DNA of 64,000 nucleotides from NCBI GenBank assembly GCA_052327205.1, contig JBMRGM010000043.1, positions 31,682,001 through 31,746,000 on the forward strand. Reading direction: 5' to 3'. Of the stretch, positions 39,187 through 51,844 are shown piece by piece. The number at the start of each line of letters is the position of its first letter. The first letter of the stretch is position 1. A program made the translations under genes and the position numbers. A model generated the notes under the pieces. It did not search any database. It was not told the DNA's origin and saw only the letters and a list, made by a program, of their open reading frames with translations. This DNA comes from Somniosus microcephalus (Eukaryota).

Positions 39187-40235
39187 GTACGTATGCAAAA
39201 TTTCAATTGGTGATATCCCTCTTTAATATTTATAAATATTACTGGTCCGAGAATTTCTGAATCTGTACAAAATTATATATAGTTCTGTGATCTCGGAATA
39301 ATTTGTTCACGTTAGGTCATATGATGTTTGTCTAACAACGTGCTACTTTAGTCGATATTTAACACGGGCGGGTCTCCTCCCATGCCAGCTCCAGCAGATT
39401 TCTTTCTCCTCCCGACCCACCTTTGAGGAGAATTTGGCGGCTTCCTCCATTACCACCATGTGACATCTAGAGGCTGACGGGCAGTTTTCTGCCACGAAAC
39501 CGAAATTTGATGCTGCCTCTGTCCTTAATAAGCACGATGAGTATATTTGACATAAAGTACCAGCAGGTCCTCGTGAGACCCTGGAACGTCAGTGGTCGGT
39601 CCGCTGACGAACATTGTGGAAGGATAGAATAAGCAGTGTGCTCCTCTCCACTCTGTTTTGCTATTTTCACTTACGTGTTTGGCGCAAACTTCGCCACAGA
39701 CCCCTAATAAACTATGGGAGCAGATTCCCTTGGATGCCCTTGTCATCGCAGCGGGTGTGTTATATCATCACTGATCCATCACCCTGGCCGTGAGAACCTG
39801 GAGTCTTTGTAAATTGAGATGGTGACAACGGAGCAGGGGGCTTTGTTGGGGACAGAGCGATTTTGCTGCGACCAATTGTGGAGTTCACCGTGGTCATAGT
39901 AGATGGTGAGACACGGCAGATAATGGCTAAAAGAGAAAAGAGCTATGGGAGGATTCCTGCTGAAATATAAGTCTTGTCCTGGTTGGAATTTCTGTTTCAG
40001 CCCTTTATATTAAGCAGATTAAGATCTCCGCAAACAAAGCAGCGAGAGGAATTCCACAACAATATAGTAATGCTTCCTGCTCTAGTGTTCCACAATACAG
40101 CTGCTAGTTACCGTTAATTGTAGACGCCCCTCGTGGCGATTTGCGGTATTGCCTTGCTCCTATTAAAAAGCTCTGCTGTCTGTTTAACTCAGTGATAGGA
40201 AATGTTACCTGTCAATCCAGATTCTGCTTTCACAG

Positions 40236-40511
40236 AACTCTTCTCCAAACCTAAACTGAGGACTGACCCTGCAGTTGAAATATTTGAGGGACACCAGTTA
40301 GTATTCATCTGTATTATTGAAACAATGCCGTACAGTAATGGGCTTCAATACTCATTTTACAAAAATGGCGAAGCTCTGATATTGACTTCATACAACACAT
40401 TTAAGCTCACGGAGACAGCTTCTTTGAAGGACTCGGGGACTTACCTGTGTGAAGCAAATATTTCCTACCGCGTTGTGAAAAAGAGTGATGAGGTTTCCAT
40501 TGCGGTTAAAG
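40236..40511 (+). CDS. Gene B Ig exon 4 (D3a)
   Basis: cacag|AA CTC TTC...AAA G|gtaagg; 276 nt; ELFSKPKL..C..YSFYKNG..DSGTYLCEA. Confidence 0.9.
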
Positions 40512-41840
40512 GTAAGGACAGCCAGCTGTAATTATAGTTGAATGAAAGAATTCTTCAGGGGATTATACTTAAATAAACATACGAGAGGGATCCAGTCTGG
40601 TAAAGGATTTACCCACAAGTTTATGACGTAATAATCAATTTTGAATGCAACCTGCTAAATGACAGCGCCACCTGGTTCTTACACTATCCATACATTTGCT
40701 GAAAACCGAAGTTTTAAAAGCTGCTACGTTTGAGGACCAGCGCCCACTCCCAGTGGGTAATAGTAGCTTCCTGAAATAGTGTGGAATTGGGCGATATTGA
40801 ATTTATCTCCCATTATATGTCCCGACCGTTTTTGCATCCATTGATCTTCAATGGACAGGAATATCGCGCGTAGTGTAGAATTGGTGCAAGATTCGATGCC
40901 GTGCATTTTAACCCATAACCCCAAGGTAAAGTTACCTTCCCTGTTTCTAACTGGCATATTCAGCAGCGAGCAGAACCTGGTCAGGAACAGCAGGGTGATT
41001 AATCAGCCAATGCCTTACCACTTACTAGCCCCGGAAATCTTTTATAGTTGAAAACTCGGGGGTAAAATTTAACATTGAGAGCGCTAAAACTGAACGGCAG
41101 AAAATTGAATTGAAATTGGCCTGTGTTTATAAAGGGTGAGCAATCTGCTACCACCGGTTTTTTACCCCAGACAAACTTGAATTTTCACCCCCTCCAATTT
41201 CAGTAGCGGTGGATGCAAAATGCCCGAGGTCACTAACGTCTGTGCCTCTGGTGCCCGGGGATTCCTTCCCAATCTTTTAGATCCGACCAATCATAACTCG
41301 AGCTTCGCATTTTCAATGGAGCAGGCAATCTGAAAACAAGGTGGGAGTTATCAATCCTGTGTCGGCAGTGGATTTCAGAAAAATTGTATTGATAGTAGCT
41401 GAGCGTTTAACATGAAGGTCCTAAAATTTGCAGGTGCTGCCACAACGACCAAGGATATTTCAGTATTTAAGACCCGGGAGTAAAGCATCGCCTGGGCTGA
41501 GAGCAGAGTTCAAATGATGGGGTTGTGGGGTTGGGGTGTTGGGGGATAATCTCACAGGACCCGCAGGATGTTTCTTCCATTCATTTCAATGGAAGGGTTA
41601 ACTTGTTCCCAAATCTAGCCACGACAGGATGTTCAGATCTCAAGTGATAACTGTGTCAATGTCCCGAACTGTATATTCCCGTGGCAGAGCGCAATCAAGG
41701 ATTATTGAAAGCCTCTTTCTCTGAGCTGCTGTCGGCTTTTCATTCTTCTGCTCATTAACGTGAGCTGTCCAAACACATAAATTGTTAAGTCTGTGATGGA
41801 TGTGGAACCCGGAAAATCCATGCATTATTCTATTTTATAG

Positions 41841-42119
41841 AGGTCTTCTCCATACCTACACTGAGGGCTGAGTCTGGAGCTCAATTATTTGTGGACCAAC
41901 AGTTAAATCTCGCCTGTTTGGTTAAAATATTTCGATCCAATACTTCCTTGAGACTCGTATTTTACAAAGATGGACAATCTCTCACTACAGCGGCAGACAA
42001 CAACTATTACATCAAGAAGGCATCTCGGCCGGACGATTCGGGGAATTACTGGAGCGAAGCAACTACTTTGAACAGTGAGGTGAAGAAACTGAGTAATCAG
42101 GTTTCCGTTTCAGTCAGAT
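41841..42119 (+). CDS. Gene B Ig exon 5 (D3b; second Cys replaced by Ser)
   Basis: tatag|AG GTC TTC...AGA T|gtgagt; 279 nt, open; DSGNYWSEA. Confidence 0.75.
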
Positions 42120-43191
42120 GTGAGTACAATTTAAGACAATGTTATAACACTTTTAAAGAGAACATGAAAATCATAGAATACGGGTAGCGTACACCAGGGA
42201 AGTAAAAGTGTATTCACCAGGATAGACTTGAGGTATTGGGACTAACACTACCGGGTTAGCCATAGCTAAAGGTTATTTCATTAGTGGTTTTTAAATGCAA
42301 ATTCCGAAATTGGGCGATTAGGGAAAGATATTTTCTCTGATTGCGAAGACAGGAAGGAGGGATCAGTAATGTATAATTATCATTAAAGCGGGAGGGTAGC
42401 GCTTAGAAGGACGTTCTTTATATAGACGAGTGCTGGAACATAGAATGATTTGCCAGGTGGAGCGGTGGAGTTAGATAGAATTTTACAGTGAACATGAGGC
42501 TAGTGGCAGTGCCCTCGGGCCTACTGATGTGCGCCTGTCACTGCCCTACAGAAACCAGCGTAAGCCCGTCCCAACATAGGCAGATCTCTTGCTAATGGAT
42601 GAGAGAGTGTAGCTGAATCAGGCATGTAGCTGAGGCCAGGAAGGTTTGGCGCACTCTTTCCTTATCGTCACAACGCAACTCGGGCACTGTGTGCCCTCTG
42701 GGAGGCTCAGAAATCAAAAGGAGCTGGATGCACACCTTCCATAATCTGGTCGGAGGGGGGGATGGAATGCACCTCACAGAATCCGGTGGAGTTTCCTTCT
42801 GTTGAGATCAATGGAGTACATTTACTGTGAGTTCGGTAAGCAATAAGTGATCACTAGTGCTAGATTTTCTAATCCCTTATGTGCTCGGGCGTTGCTTAAC
42901 CGTCGTTCCCAAAATAGTTTATTTTCAGTGTATCAAACTAAGAAGAGCTGGGCCAAATGGTGGGGAGCTGCTGCACGAGGATAGATTATCAATAAACCCC
43001 ATTTACAACCATCAGTAAATTCAACACCACCCGACTGCTGTTTCCTTTCTGTTCTTCTTTTTCCCAGACTTGCCTGGAGTTGGGATTGGGGTTTTCTCGT
43101 GTCCAATGTATACGGGCTGTTGTGGAGCAGTTCTCAGTTTGAGTTAAGCATTTGTTAAGCTAAAACCGCCACATTTTGTTCCCAACATTAG

Positions 43192-43449
43192 ATCGCAAAG
43201 TGGCCTTCAATGTCGACCCACCTTCGGTTTTGGAAGGAGGTGTTCTGAATCTGAATTGTTGGTTCAGAATGCATTATTGGAGGCATAAAGATGTTGGCTT
43301 TTACAAGGGCAATATAAGGATTCACTCAATGAAGTTGACCGATCGGAGAGCTCTGCATAGCATTAGAGTGAATAGTTCAAAAGACAGCAGATCATACCAT
43401 TGCACTGTTGGCAATAAGGAATCACGAAGTGTTCATGTTCACGTTCAAG
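43192..43449 (+). CDS. Gene B Ig exon 6 (D2b duplicate)
   Basis: attag|AT CGC AAA...CAA G|gtacgt; 258 nt. Confidence 0.88.
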
Positions 43450-43584
43450 GTACGTCGGCAATATTTCAATTGGCGATATCGCTCTTGGATATTTATCCAT
43501 ATTACAGGTCCGAGAGGTTCTGAATCTGTCCACATTTATGCATAGCTGTGTGAGCTCGGAAGAATTTGTTCGTGTTAGGTCATA

Positions 43585-44304
43585 GAGGCCTTGAATTTCC
43601 GTTCGGCGGTTTCCTGCCGGTAGATGCCTCCAATCGGAAACAAATCTACGAACTTACCTGCTGGTTTGGAGAGCCCGAGGCTTCCGATCCTGGGCCTCTC
43701 CTGTTGGAAATGCGCAGAGGCCCAGGTATCCCAGGGGCACATACGGTTTGCAAGCGCTCCTGGGATCACGTGAGAAAGGCGAACAAATCAAAGAAGGGAA
43801 TCCCCCTTCATACATTTGACAGGTCTGTAGGGACTGAACTGTCAAAAGTATGATTGGGAACCACATTTAAAAACACACTAAAACAGTAAATAAACTATTT
43901 AAAATTACAAAATTAAAATGAATTAAAATTCCATTTAATTAAATATTTTAAACATAATTTATAGAAAAAAAATTAAACATTTTTACTGGGCTATAAATAA
44001 TTTACCGTTTCAAGAGTATTTCTAACTTATAAGTGAGTGATCAAATTTGTTATTTCTAACTTTCATCACTCTTATGCCTACTTTTACCAGTCGGACGAAT
44101 TCTACAGCCTTTCAGCTGCCGGAAGTTGTGCAAACTCTCCAGCCACAGAGGCTCTTTTCTTGGGCAAGTGGATCATCTGTCAAGAGAATTCTTGACAGAT
44201 CGCAGGTGCCGGTTTTAAGCGCATACCTGAAATCGGTACCTGCAAGGCCCCTATGGGTGAGTACACAGCTCGTATGCACCCGTGGGGGTTGGAAAACTTG
44301 GCCC
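43585..44304. mobile_element. MITE related to 33514-34279, opposite orientation
   Basis: Imperfect TIRs ggccttgaatttcc / ggaaaacttggccc; empty paralogous site near 39320; AT-rich centre. Confidence 0.78.
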
Positions 44305-45134
44305 ATGATGGCTGTCTAACACCGTGCTACTTTAGCCAATAATTAACCCAGGGTGGGTCTCCTCCCGTGCTAACGCCGGCAGCTTTCTTTCTCCTCCCGC
44401 CCCACCTCAGAGGAGAATTTGGCGGCTTCCCATTACCAGCCTGTTACATCAAGAGGCTGACGGGGAGTATTCCCCCACTAAACCGAAATATGATGGTGCC
44501 TCTCTCCCTAACAACCACGATGATGAGTTGACAAAATGCACCAGCAGGTACTCCTGAAAATTCAGTGGTGGGTCCGCTGATGGACTGTGTGGAAGGACAC
44601 AATAAGCAGTGTGCTCCTCTCCCCTCTCTTTTGCCCTTTCCACTTACCTGTTTGGCATAAGCTTAATCACAGGCTCCTAATAAAATCTGTACACTAATGC
44701 CATTGGATGCCCTTATCATCGCAACGGGTGAGTTATATCATCACTGATCCATCACCCTGGCCGGGAGAATCGGGAGTCTTTTTAATTTCAGATGGTGACA
44801 GCTGAGCTGGGGGCTGGCTAGGGACAGAGCAATGTAGCTGTGGATATTGGTGGAGCTCACCCTGGTCATACTAGATGGTGAAGACGCAGCAGAGAATGGC
44901 TAAAAGAGAAAAGATCTAAGGGAGGATATTCCTGCTGATAATTAAGCCTTGCCCAGTATGGAATTCCGGTTTCAGCAGAATAAATTAAGCAGGTTAAGTT
45001 CTCCGCAAACAAAGCAGCGAGAGGAAATCCATAAAAACATAATAATGCTTCCTGCTCTAGTGATCCACAATACAGCTGCTGGTTACCATTAAGTATAGGC
45101 GCCCATCGTGGCTATTCTCTAGATGTAATCTCTC

Positions 45135-46215
45135 CAAATTTGCAGACAACACAAAGCTTGCTGGGCGTGTGTGCTATGAGGAGGATGCCAAGAAACTCCA
45201 GGCTGATTTGGAGAGATTGGGTGATTGGGCAAAAGCGTGGCAGATGCAATATAACGTGGATAAATGTGAGGTTATCCACTTTGGTGGCAAAAACAGGAAG
45301 GCAGATTATTATCTGAATCGCAATAGATTGGGAGAAGGGGAAGTGCAACGAGACCTGTGTGTCCTTGTGCACCAGTCGCTGAAGGTAAGCATGCAGGTGC
45401 AGCAGGTGGTTAAGAAGGGAATTGGCATGTTGGCCTTCGTAGCGAGATGGTTTGAGTACAGGAACAAGGATGTCTTGCTGCAGTTATACAGGGCCGTGGT
45501 GAGACCACACCTTGAGTATTGTGTGCAGTTTTGGTCAGCTTATCTGAGGAAGGATCACAGATCACAGAAACCCCACAGTGCAGATAGAGGCCATTTCGGC
45601 ACATATCCCACCCAATCCCCGTAACCCCTACACCAAAACATATCCCCATTTAATCCCCCTAACACTAAGGGTCAATTTATCATAGCCAATCAACCTAACC
45701 CGCCATGGAAGGAGTTCAGCGAAGATTCACCAGGCTGATACCTGGGATGGCAGGAATGACGTATGAGGAGAGATTGGGTCGATTGGGCTTGTCCTTGCTG
45801 GAGTTTAGAAGAATGAGAGGGGATCTCATTGAAACTTATAAAATTCTGACGGGACTGGACAGACTAGATGCAGGAAGAATGTTCCCGATGGTCGGGCAGT
45901 CCAGAACCAGGGGTCACATTCTAAGGATAAGGGGTAAGCCATTTAGGAGAGCAATGAGGAGGAATTTCATCACCCAGAGAGTGGTGAACCTGTGGAATTC
46001 TCTGCCACAGAAGGCAGTAGAGGCCAATTCATTAAATATATTCAAGAAGGAGTTGTATATATTTCTTAAGGCTAAAGGGATCAAGGGGTATGGGGATAAA
46101 GCAGTGACCAGGTACTGAATTTGGTTGATCGGCCATGATCGCATTGAATGGCGGAGAAGGCTCGTGGGGCCGAATGCCAACTCCTGCTCCTATCTTCTAT
46201 GTTTCTATGTTTCTC
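45135..46215 (+). mobile_element. CR1 3' portion with a nested inverted HE1-like SINE tail (about 45556-45702)
   Basis: ORFs 45169 and 45705 are CR1 RT C-terminus; the start of the interruption is the reverse complement of 20527-20570; absent from the paralogous intron near 40140. Confidence 0.92.
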
Positions 46216-46306
46216 GGTATTGGCTTGCTCTTATTATCAATCTCTGCTATTTGTTTAACACAGTGATAGGAACTGTTACCTATCAATCCATATTCTGTTT
46301 TCACAG

Positions 46307-46585
46307 AACTCTTCACCAAACCTAAACTGAGGTCTGAGCCTGCAGTTGAAATACTTGAGGGAGACCAGTTAAAATTCATCTGTTTTATTGAAAATATACC
46401 GTCAAATATTTGCTTAAAATATTCATTTTACAAAAATGGCACAGCTCTGATCTTGACCCCATACTACAAATATATTCTCACTGAGGCAGCTTCATTGAAG
46501 GACTCAGGGACTTACCAGTGCGTAGCAAATGCTTTCGACTTTGGTGTGAAAAAGAAGAGTGATGAGGTTTACATTTCGGTAACAG
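46307..46585 (+). CDS. Gene B Ig exon 7 (D3a duplicate)
   Basis: cacag|AA CTC TTC ACC...ACA G|gtatgg; 279 nt, open by manual translation; missed by the ORF track. Confidence 0.88.
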
Positions 46586-47773
46586 GTATGGACATCCAGC
46601 TTTAATTATTGTTCATCTTTCATTTAAAGAATTCTTCAGGGCATTATAGTTAAGTAACCATACGGGAGGGATCCGGTCTGGTAAAGGGTTAACCCTCAAG
46701 TTTATCGGGTATAAATCAATTTGAATGCAATCTTTTCAAATCTTATCACCACGTGGCTCTTATACAATCCTTACATTTGCTGAAAACCGCATTTGTAGGA
46801 GCTGCAAAATTTGAAGTCCAGTGCCCACTCTCAGTGGGTAACATTAGCTTCCTTCAGTAGTGTGGAAATGGGCGATTATGAAATTGCCTCCCATTATTTG
46901 TCCCGCCCGTTTTTGCTTCCCATCATCTTCAGCAGACAGGAAAATCGTGCGTGGTGTACAATTGGCGCAAGCTTCGATATTGGAAATTTTACCCCATGGC
47001 TCCAAGGTAAAGATACTTGCTCTGTTTCTGTCTGGCTGAATGAGAAACCAGCAGAACCTGGTCAGGAATAGCAGGGTGTTTAATCAGACAAAGCCTTAGC
47101 ACTTACTAGTCCCGGAAATCTTTGATAGTTGAATACTCGGGGGTAAAATTTAACTTTGAGAGCGCAGTAGCGGATCAGCAGACAATGGAATTGAAATTTG
47201 CCTGTGTTTATAACGGGAGGCCAATCTGCGACCACCGGTTTTGCACCCCATCGAAATTTGAAATTTCACCCCGTCCAATTTCAGTAGAGGTGGAAGAGGA
47301 TGAGGAAAAACGCCCGAGGTCACTAAAGTGTGAGCCTTTGATGCCCAGGAATTCCGTTTCCACTCCGTTAGATCCGGTCAATCATAACGCTATCTTTGCA
47401 TTTTCTATGGAGCAGGCAATCTGATGACAAGGTGGGAGTTATCGATCCTGTGTTGGGAGTGGATTTCCAAAGAATGGCATTGTCAGTTGCTGAGCTTCTA
47501 GCATGAATGTCGCAAAGTTTGCAGGCGCTGCAACAATGACGAAGGAGACTTCAGTATTTAAGGCCTGGGCGCAAAGCATCATCTAGGCAGAGAGCTGAGT
47601 TAAAATTCTGGATCAGGGGCGCGTTCTGGTGTTGTGGGCTAATCTCACAGGACCCGCAGGATGTGTCTTCCACTCAATGTTCCAAAGATTAACATTTGCT
47701 GCACAAATCCGAAATTGTAATGTCTGTGATAGTTGTGGAATCTGTCAAATCCATAATTCGTTCTATTTTATAG

Positions 47774-48052
47774 AGCTCTTCTCCGAACCTACTTTGCGGG
47801 CTGATTCTGGAGCTCAATTATTTGAGGGCCAACAGATAAAACTCGCCTGTTTGGTAGAAATATTTCGATCCAATTCTTCCTTGAGACTCGTATTTTACAA
47901 AGATGGACAACCTCTCAATTCAGCGGCAGACCACAGCTATTACATCAGGGAAGCATCTCGGCCGGAAGATTCGGGGATTTACCGGTGTGAAGCAACTACT
48001 TTGAACCGTGAGGTGAAGAAACTGAGTAATCAGGTTTCAGTTTCAGTCAGAC
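47774..48052 (+). CDS. Gene B Ig exon 8 (D3b duplicate)
   Basis: tatag|AG CTC TTC...AGA C|gtgagt; 279 nt; EDSGIYRCEA. Confidence 0.9.
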
Positions 48053-48742
48053 GTGAGTACAATTTAAGATAATTGTTTATCACTTTTAAAGAGAACAGGA
48101 AAATCATAGAGAACGAGTAACGCTGATTCAACAGATGATGCCAGGGAATGGAAATTTTATTCAACAGGATAGACTTGAGCCACTGGGACTAACACGGGTT
48201 TGCCATGCCTAAGAGTTATTTCATCAGTGCTTAGTACATGCCAATTGCGAGATAGGGCGATTAGGGAAAGCTATTCCCTCTGTTTGCGAAGACAGGAAGG
48301 AGGATCAGTAAAGTATAATTATCACTAAAAGCGAGAGGGTAGCGCTTACGTGAACATTTTATGTGTAGCTGACTGCTGGAAAGTAGAATTATTTGTCAGG
48401 TGGAACGGTGAAGTTAGATACCACTGCATTTAGGTAGAGTAATGTTTATGGTATTGGAATAGTGCAGAGTTCCTGCTTTTCACTAGCAGAGTCAGGAGGA
48501 ATAAGGACCAGGCCAACATAGTAGGGTGGCCATAAGTGGATTGCAGTAGGAATCATTGTCGTTCCAGGATCAGGCTTTCCTCTATTAATTCCACCTACTG
48601 CTAAAGTAGGAGAGGGAGACGGGCGCCCAATATTGGTGTGGTAACCTATATGTCGAGCCTTCTTTATTATGATGAGAACCCTATTTCACTTTGAAAGTAA
48701 TGCTACAAATTCTGCAAAAGCAATGTAATTAACAATTTGCAG

Positions 48743-49030
48743 GAACCCCAGTGTCAAAACCGGAACTGGCAATCAGCCCTGGTAAAGAGTTAATAGAAGG
48801 AGACACAGCGTCGTTAACCTGCTCAGTGTTCAACGGTTCTACCCCGATTACTTACATTTTCTACAAAGACCCGGATAAAGAACTCTTCCGTGAGGAGTCC
48901 AACCTAACCGAAATTAATTACCAAATCAGTGAAATCAACCAAAGCACCCAAGGGGATTATAGTTGCGGTGTTTCAAACAAAGCGACAGGACGTCCTCTGC
49001 AAAGCGATGTTGTTACAGTTTCAGTGATAG
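48743..49030 (+). CDS. Gene B Ig exon 9 (D5-like)
   Basis: ttgcag|GA ACC CCA...ATA G|gtgagt; 288 nt; about 15 aa differences from 6934-7221. Confidence 0.9.
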
Positions 49031-49424
49031 GTGAGTTATTATAAGTACCCCTGAGGCAGAACGAAACAAGTGGCTCAAAGTCAGATGAGCCCGGTAATCA
49101 CTGCTTGTGCCATCAGCTTGGATGGTGTAACATTTTCTTTGACATTCCTCTATGTGAAGTGAGGCACTGCACCATTTACATTAAACAGGTGAATTACTAA
49201 AAAGAACTAGAATGTCATCTGATCGCATCAAGTATTGGTCTATAAACTGCAACAGTTATTTGTAGGTTTAAAAAGGCCGATCAGTATGTTTAATTGACAA
49301 ATTGAGGGAAGTAATACGGATAATTTAAGGACTCAAAACTTAATGCCATAGGTAGTAGTTTCTGGGCTATATGTTTTAGACCACCATTTCTCGACAGTTG
49401 TTGCTAATATATTTGTATTCGTTT

Positions 49425-50012
49425 ATGTGATGTGGGTATCTCTGGCAATGCCAGAATTTATTGCCTATCCCTAATTGCCCTTGAGAAGGTAGTGCTGAGC
49501 GGCCTTCTTGAACCGTTGCTGTCCGTGTGTTGACGGTACTCCCGTAGTGCTGTGAGGGAGGGAGTTCCAGGAATTTGACGCAGTGACGATGAAGGATCGG
49601 CGATAAACTTTTAAATCAGGATGGTAGATGATTTGTAAAGGATCTTACAGGTGCGGTGTCCCCATGCCTCTTCTGCTCTTGTCCTTCTAAATGGAAGAAG
49701 TATCGGGTTTGGGAGGTGCTGCCGAAGAAGTCTTGGCATGTTGCTGCAGTGCATCTTGTAGATGGTGCACACTGCAGCCATGATACGCTGGTGGTGGAGG
49801 GAGTGAATTTGTTACTTGTTGGATGATGTGCCAATCAAGGAGGCTGCTTTGTACTGGCTGGTGTCGAGCTTCTTGAGTGTTGTTGGAGCTGCACTTATCC
49901 AGGCAAGTGGAGAGTATTCCGTCACACGACTTACTTGTGCCTTGTAGATGGTTGAAAGGCTTTGGGGAGTCAGGAGGTGAGACACACGCCGCGGATTACC
50001 CAGCCTCTGCCC
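49425..50012 (-). mobile_element. LINE 3' fragment (second family; related pieces at 7618-7720, 52680-53005, 60868-61100)
   Basis: Shared tail ccaccttctcaagggcaattagg.atgg..aataaat in either orientation. Confidence 0.75.
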
Positions 50013-50883
50013 TATATCGATATCATGGTACCAGGTAGAAGTTTCATAAAGCTTGATCTGATTTCATGAAATACTTTTCTTTCGACAACGCAAACAGTAT
50101 ATTGATTTCGTATGATTTATACGTCATAAAGGACACATCACACCTCAGGTGAACATTTATAAGTCTAGTTTCTGATTAAGAAATTGATCATAACTAGATG
50201 GAAATAGACCTGAAATAAACTAGCAGAATTTCCCACAAGCGCTTTAGAATTTGAAATTGATAAGGTCAAAAGCAGAGCCATGGTTATAAAGCGAGAGAGA
50301 GGGAGAGATTGGAAGGGGTGAGCAAAAAACTGGCTGCAAATATGGGTCTGGTAGGAAGTTTGAAGCAGGCTGTAGTAGAGATGTAAATGCGATTAATGAG
50401 ATGGTTTAAGAGAGCAGAAGCAAATTACTTTCACTAATGGTGTGACAAAGGAAGCGTATATGCCCAATCGGCCACAAATCAATTGACTAAACTGTGTAAA
50501 GACAGAGATAAAATTGGAGGAGATTTGTCAGAGATATAGTGAACAGGAGGACCAGGAGTTTAAGTTTATTACATTGGAGGACAGGGAGCTAGATGAAAAC
50601 AATGGCGAGTAAGAATTAACGTGGGACAGGGACGTTTGGATTAGTTGGAATTAGTGGACAGCGGGGTCAGGAGCCCAGAAAGGAAGTCATTGTAATAATC
50701 GAGGCTAGAGCTTGCAAATCCACGGATCAGTGTTTCAGCGTGCAGGGGTTGAGGTGGGTAGAAAGGGAATCAATTTAGTGCAGATTAAAAAATAAAAATT
50801 AATTCTGCGTATGGTGCGAGGTTGAATTTGTTATGATTGGAACGGTTTTATATGATTCATGGAATAATTTTGTTTGATTCCAG

Positions 50884-50985
50884 CACAAAGTCACACAACC
50901 GCGATCACAGCAGCCGTTCTTCCACTTTTTCTGATCGCTACCCTGATTGCACTGGGTTCCTTCAAACTTCGGAAAAAGAAACAAG
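50884..50985 (+). CDS. Gene B transmembrane exon, uncharged (QSHTTAITAAVLPLFLIATLIALGSFKLRKKKQ)
   Basis: ttccag|CA CAA AGT...CAA G|gtgagc; 102 nt; basic stop-transfer segment. Confidence 0.88.
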
Positions 50986-51512
50986 GTGAGCAGTGTCTTA
51001 CGGGCAGCTGAGTGGCTTGACAGTTACGTGAGGGGATTCAATCCCCTCCATATTCAGATGCAGCATTCGAAATGTAACAGAATGATTTGAGAGGGAGACC
51101 AATAGTGTGGGCTGGAGAACGAAGACTTAATTACCAGGATAAGTTCGGATCATGAAGTCAGCTTACTGGTTTGAGGGTATTTTTCCACCTTCTTCCATTT
51201 TGAAAAGGTCTGCATCTTGGCGAGGGACAGACAAATAACTGGCAGGTGGTTAGTAAGAGAATGTGAAATCTGATAGCGGATGTCTAATGCCTGGTAACAT
51301 CTTAAAGTTTCCCAGACGCTCTTTGTGCATTCGTCCTCTGTTTTAGTTAGTGATTCATTTAAATGCACGTTTGCAACAGTTTCTGATTAATAATCAACGA
51401 AAAAGTTTACTGTTTGGAGATTACTTAAGGTAACTCAAGCCAGCTCTAGCCAGGAAGAGCGCAATATTTACTGCACAACTTGCTGAAATATGTCTCTTCC
51501 TATTTTATCCAG

Positions 51513-51543
51513 ACAATTCCTCAAGTGTTTCACAGCCGCAGGG
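51513..51543 (+). CDS. Gene B cytoplasmic mini-exon 1 (DNSSSVSQPQG)
   Basis: atccag|...GG|gtaagt; 31 nt. Confidence 0.82.
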
Positions 51544-51844
51544 GTAAGTCTGCAAAATATTTGTATTTGTCAGTCATAACTATATCCATGATTATACTGA
51601 AAGGGTGAACATCGTCTTTGGCATGGTTGCAAATCAGGCGGCATTGCATCTACCACCATTTATACACCCCCGAATTGAACTGAATATTGGATGGACATTG
51701 ATGGGCGGTAGGGGCACTTCAGTCAGTTATTCCTCCACGCCCAATTCGAATTCTCCCCGTAGTATCTGATATAGCTCCGCTGGAGACAGTTACAATTTTT
51801 AAGAGCTAAATATTACCTTATTTTTGTTTTTGCTTTTTAGTTTA

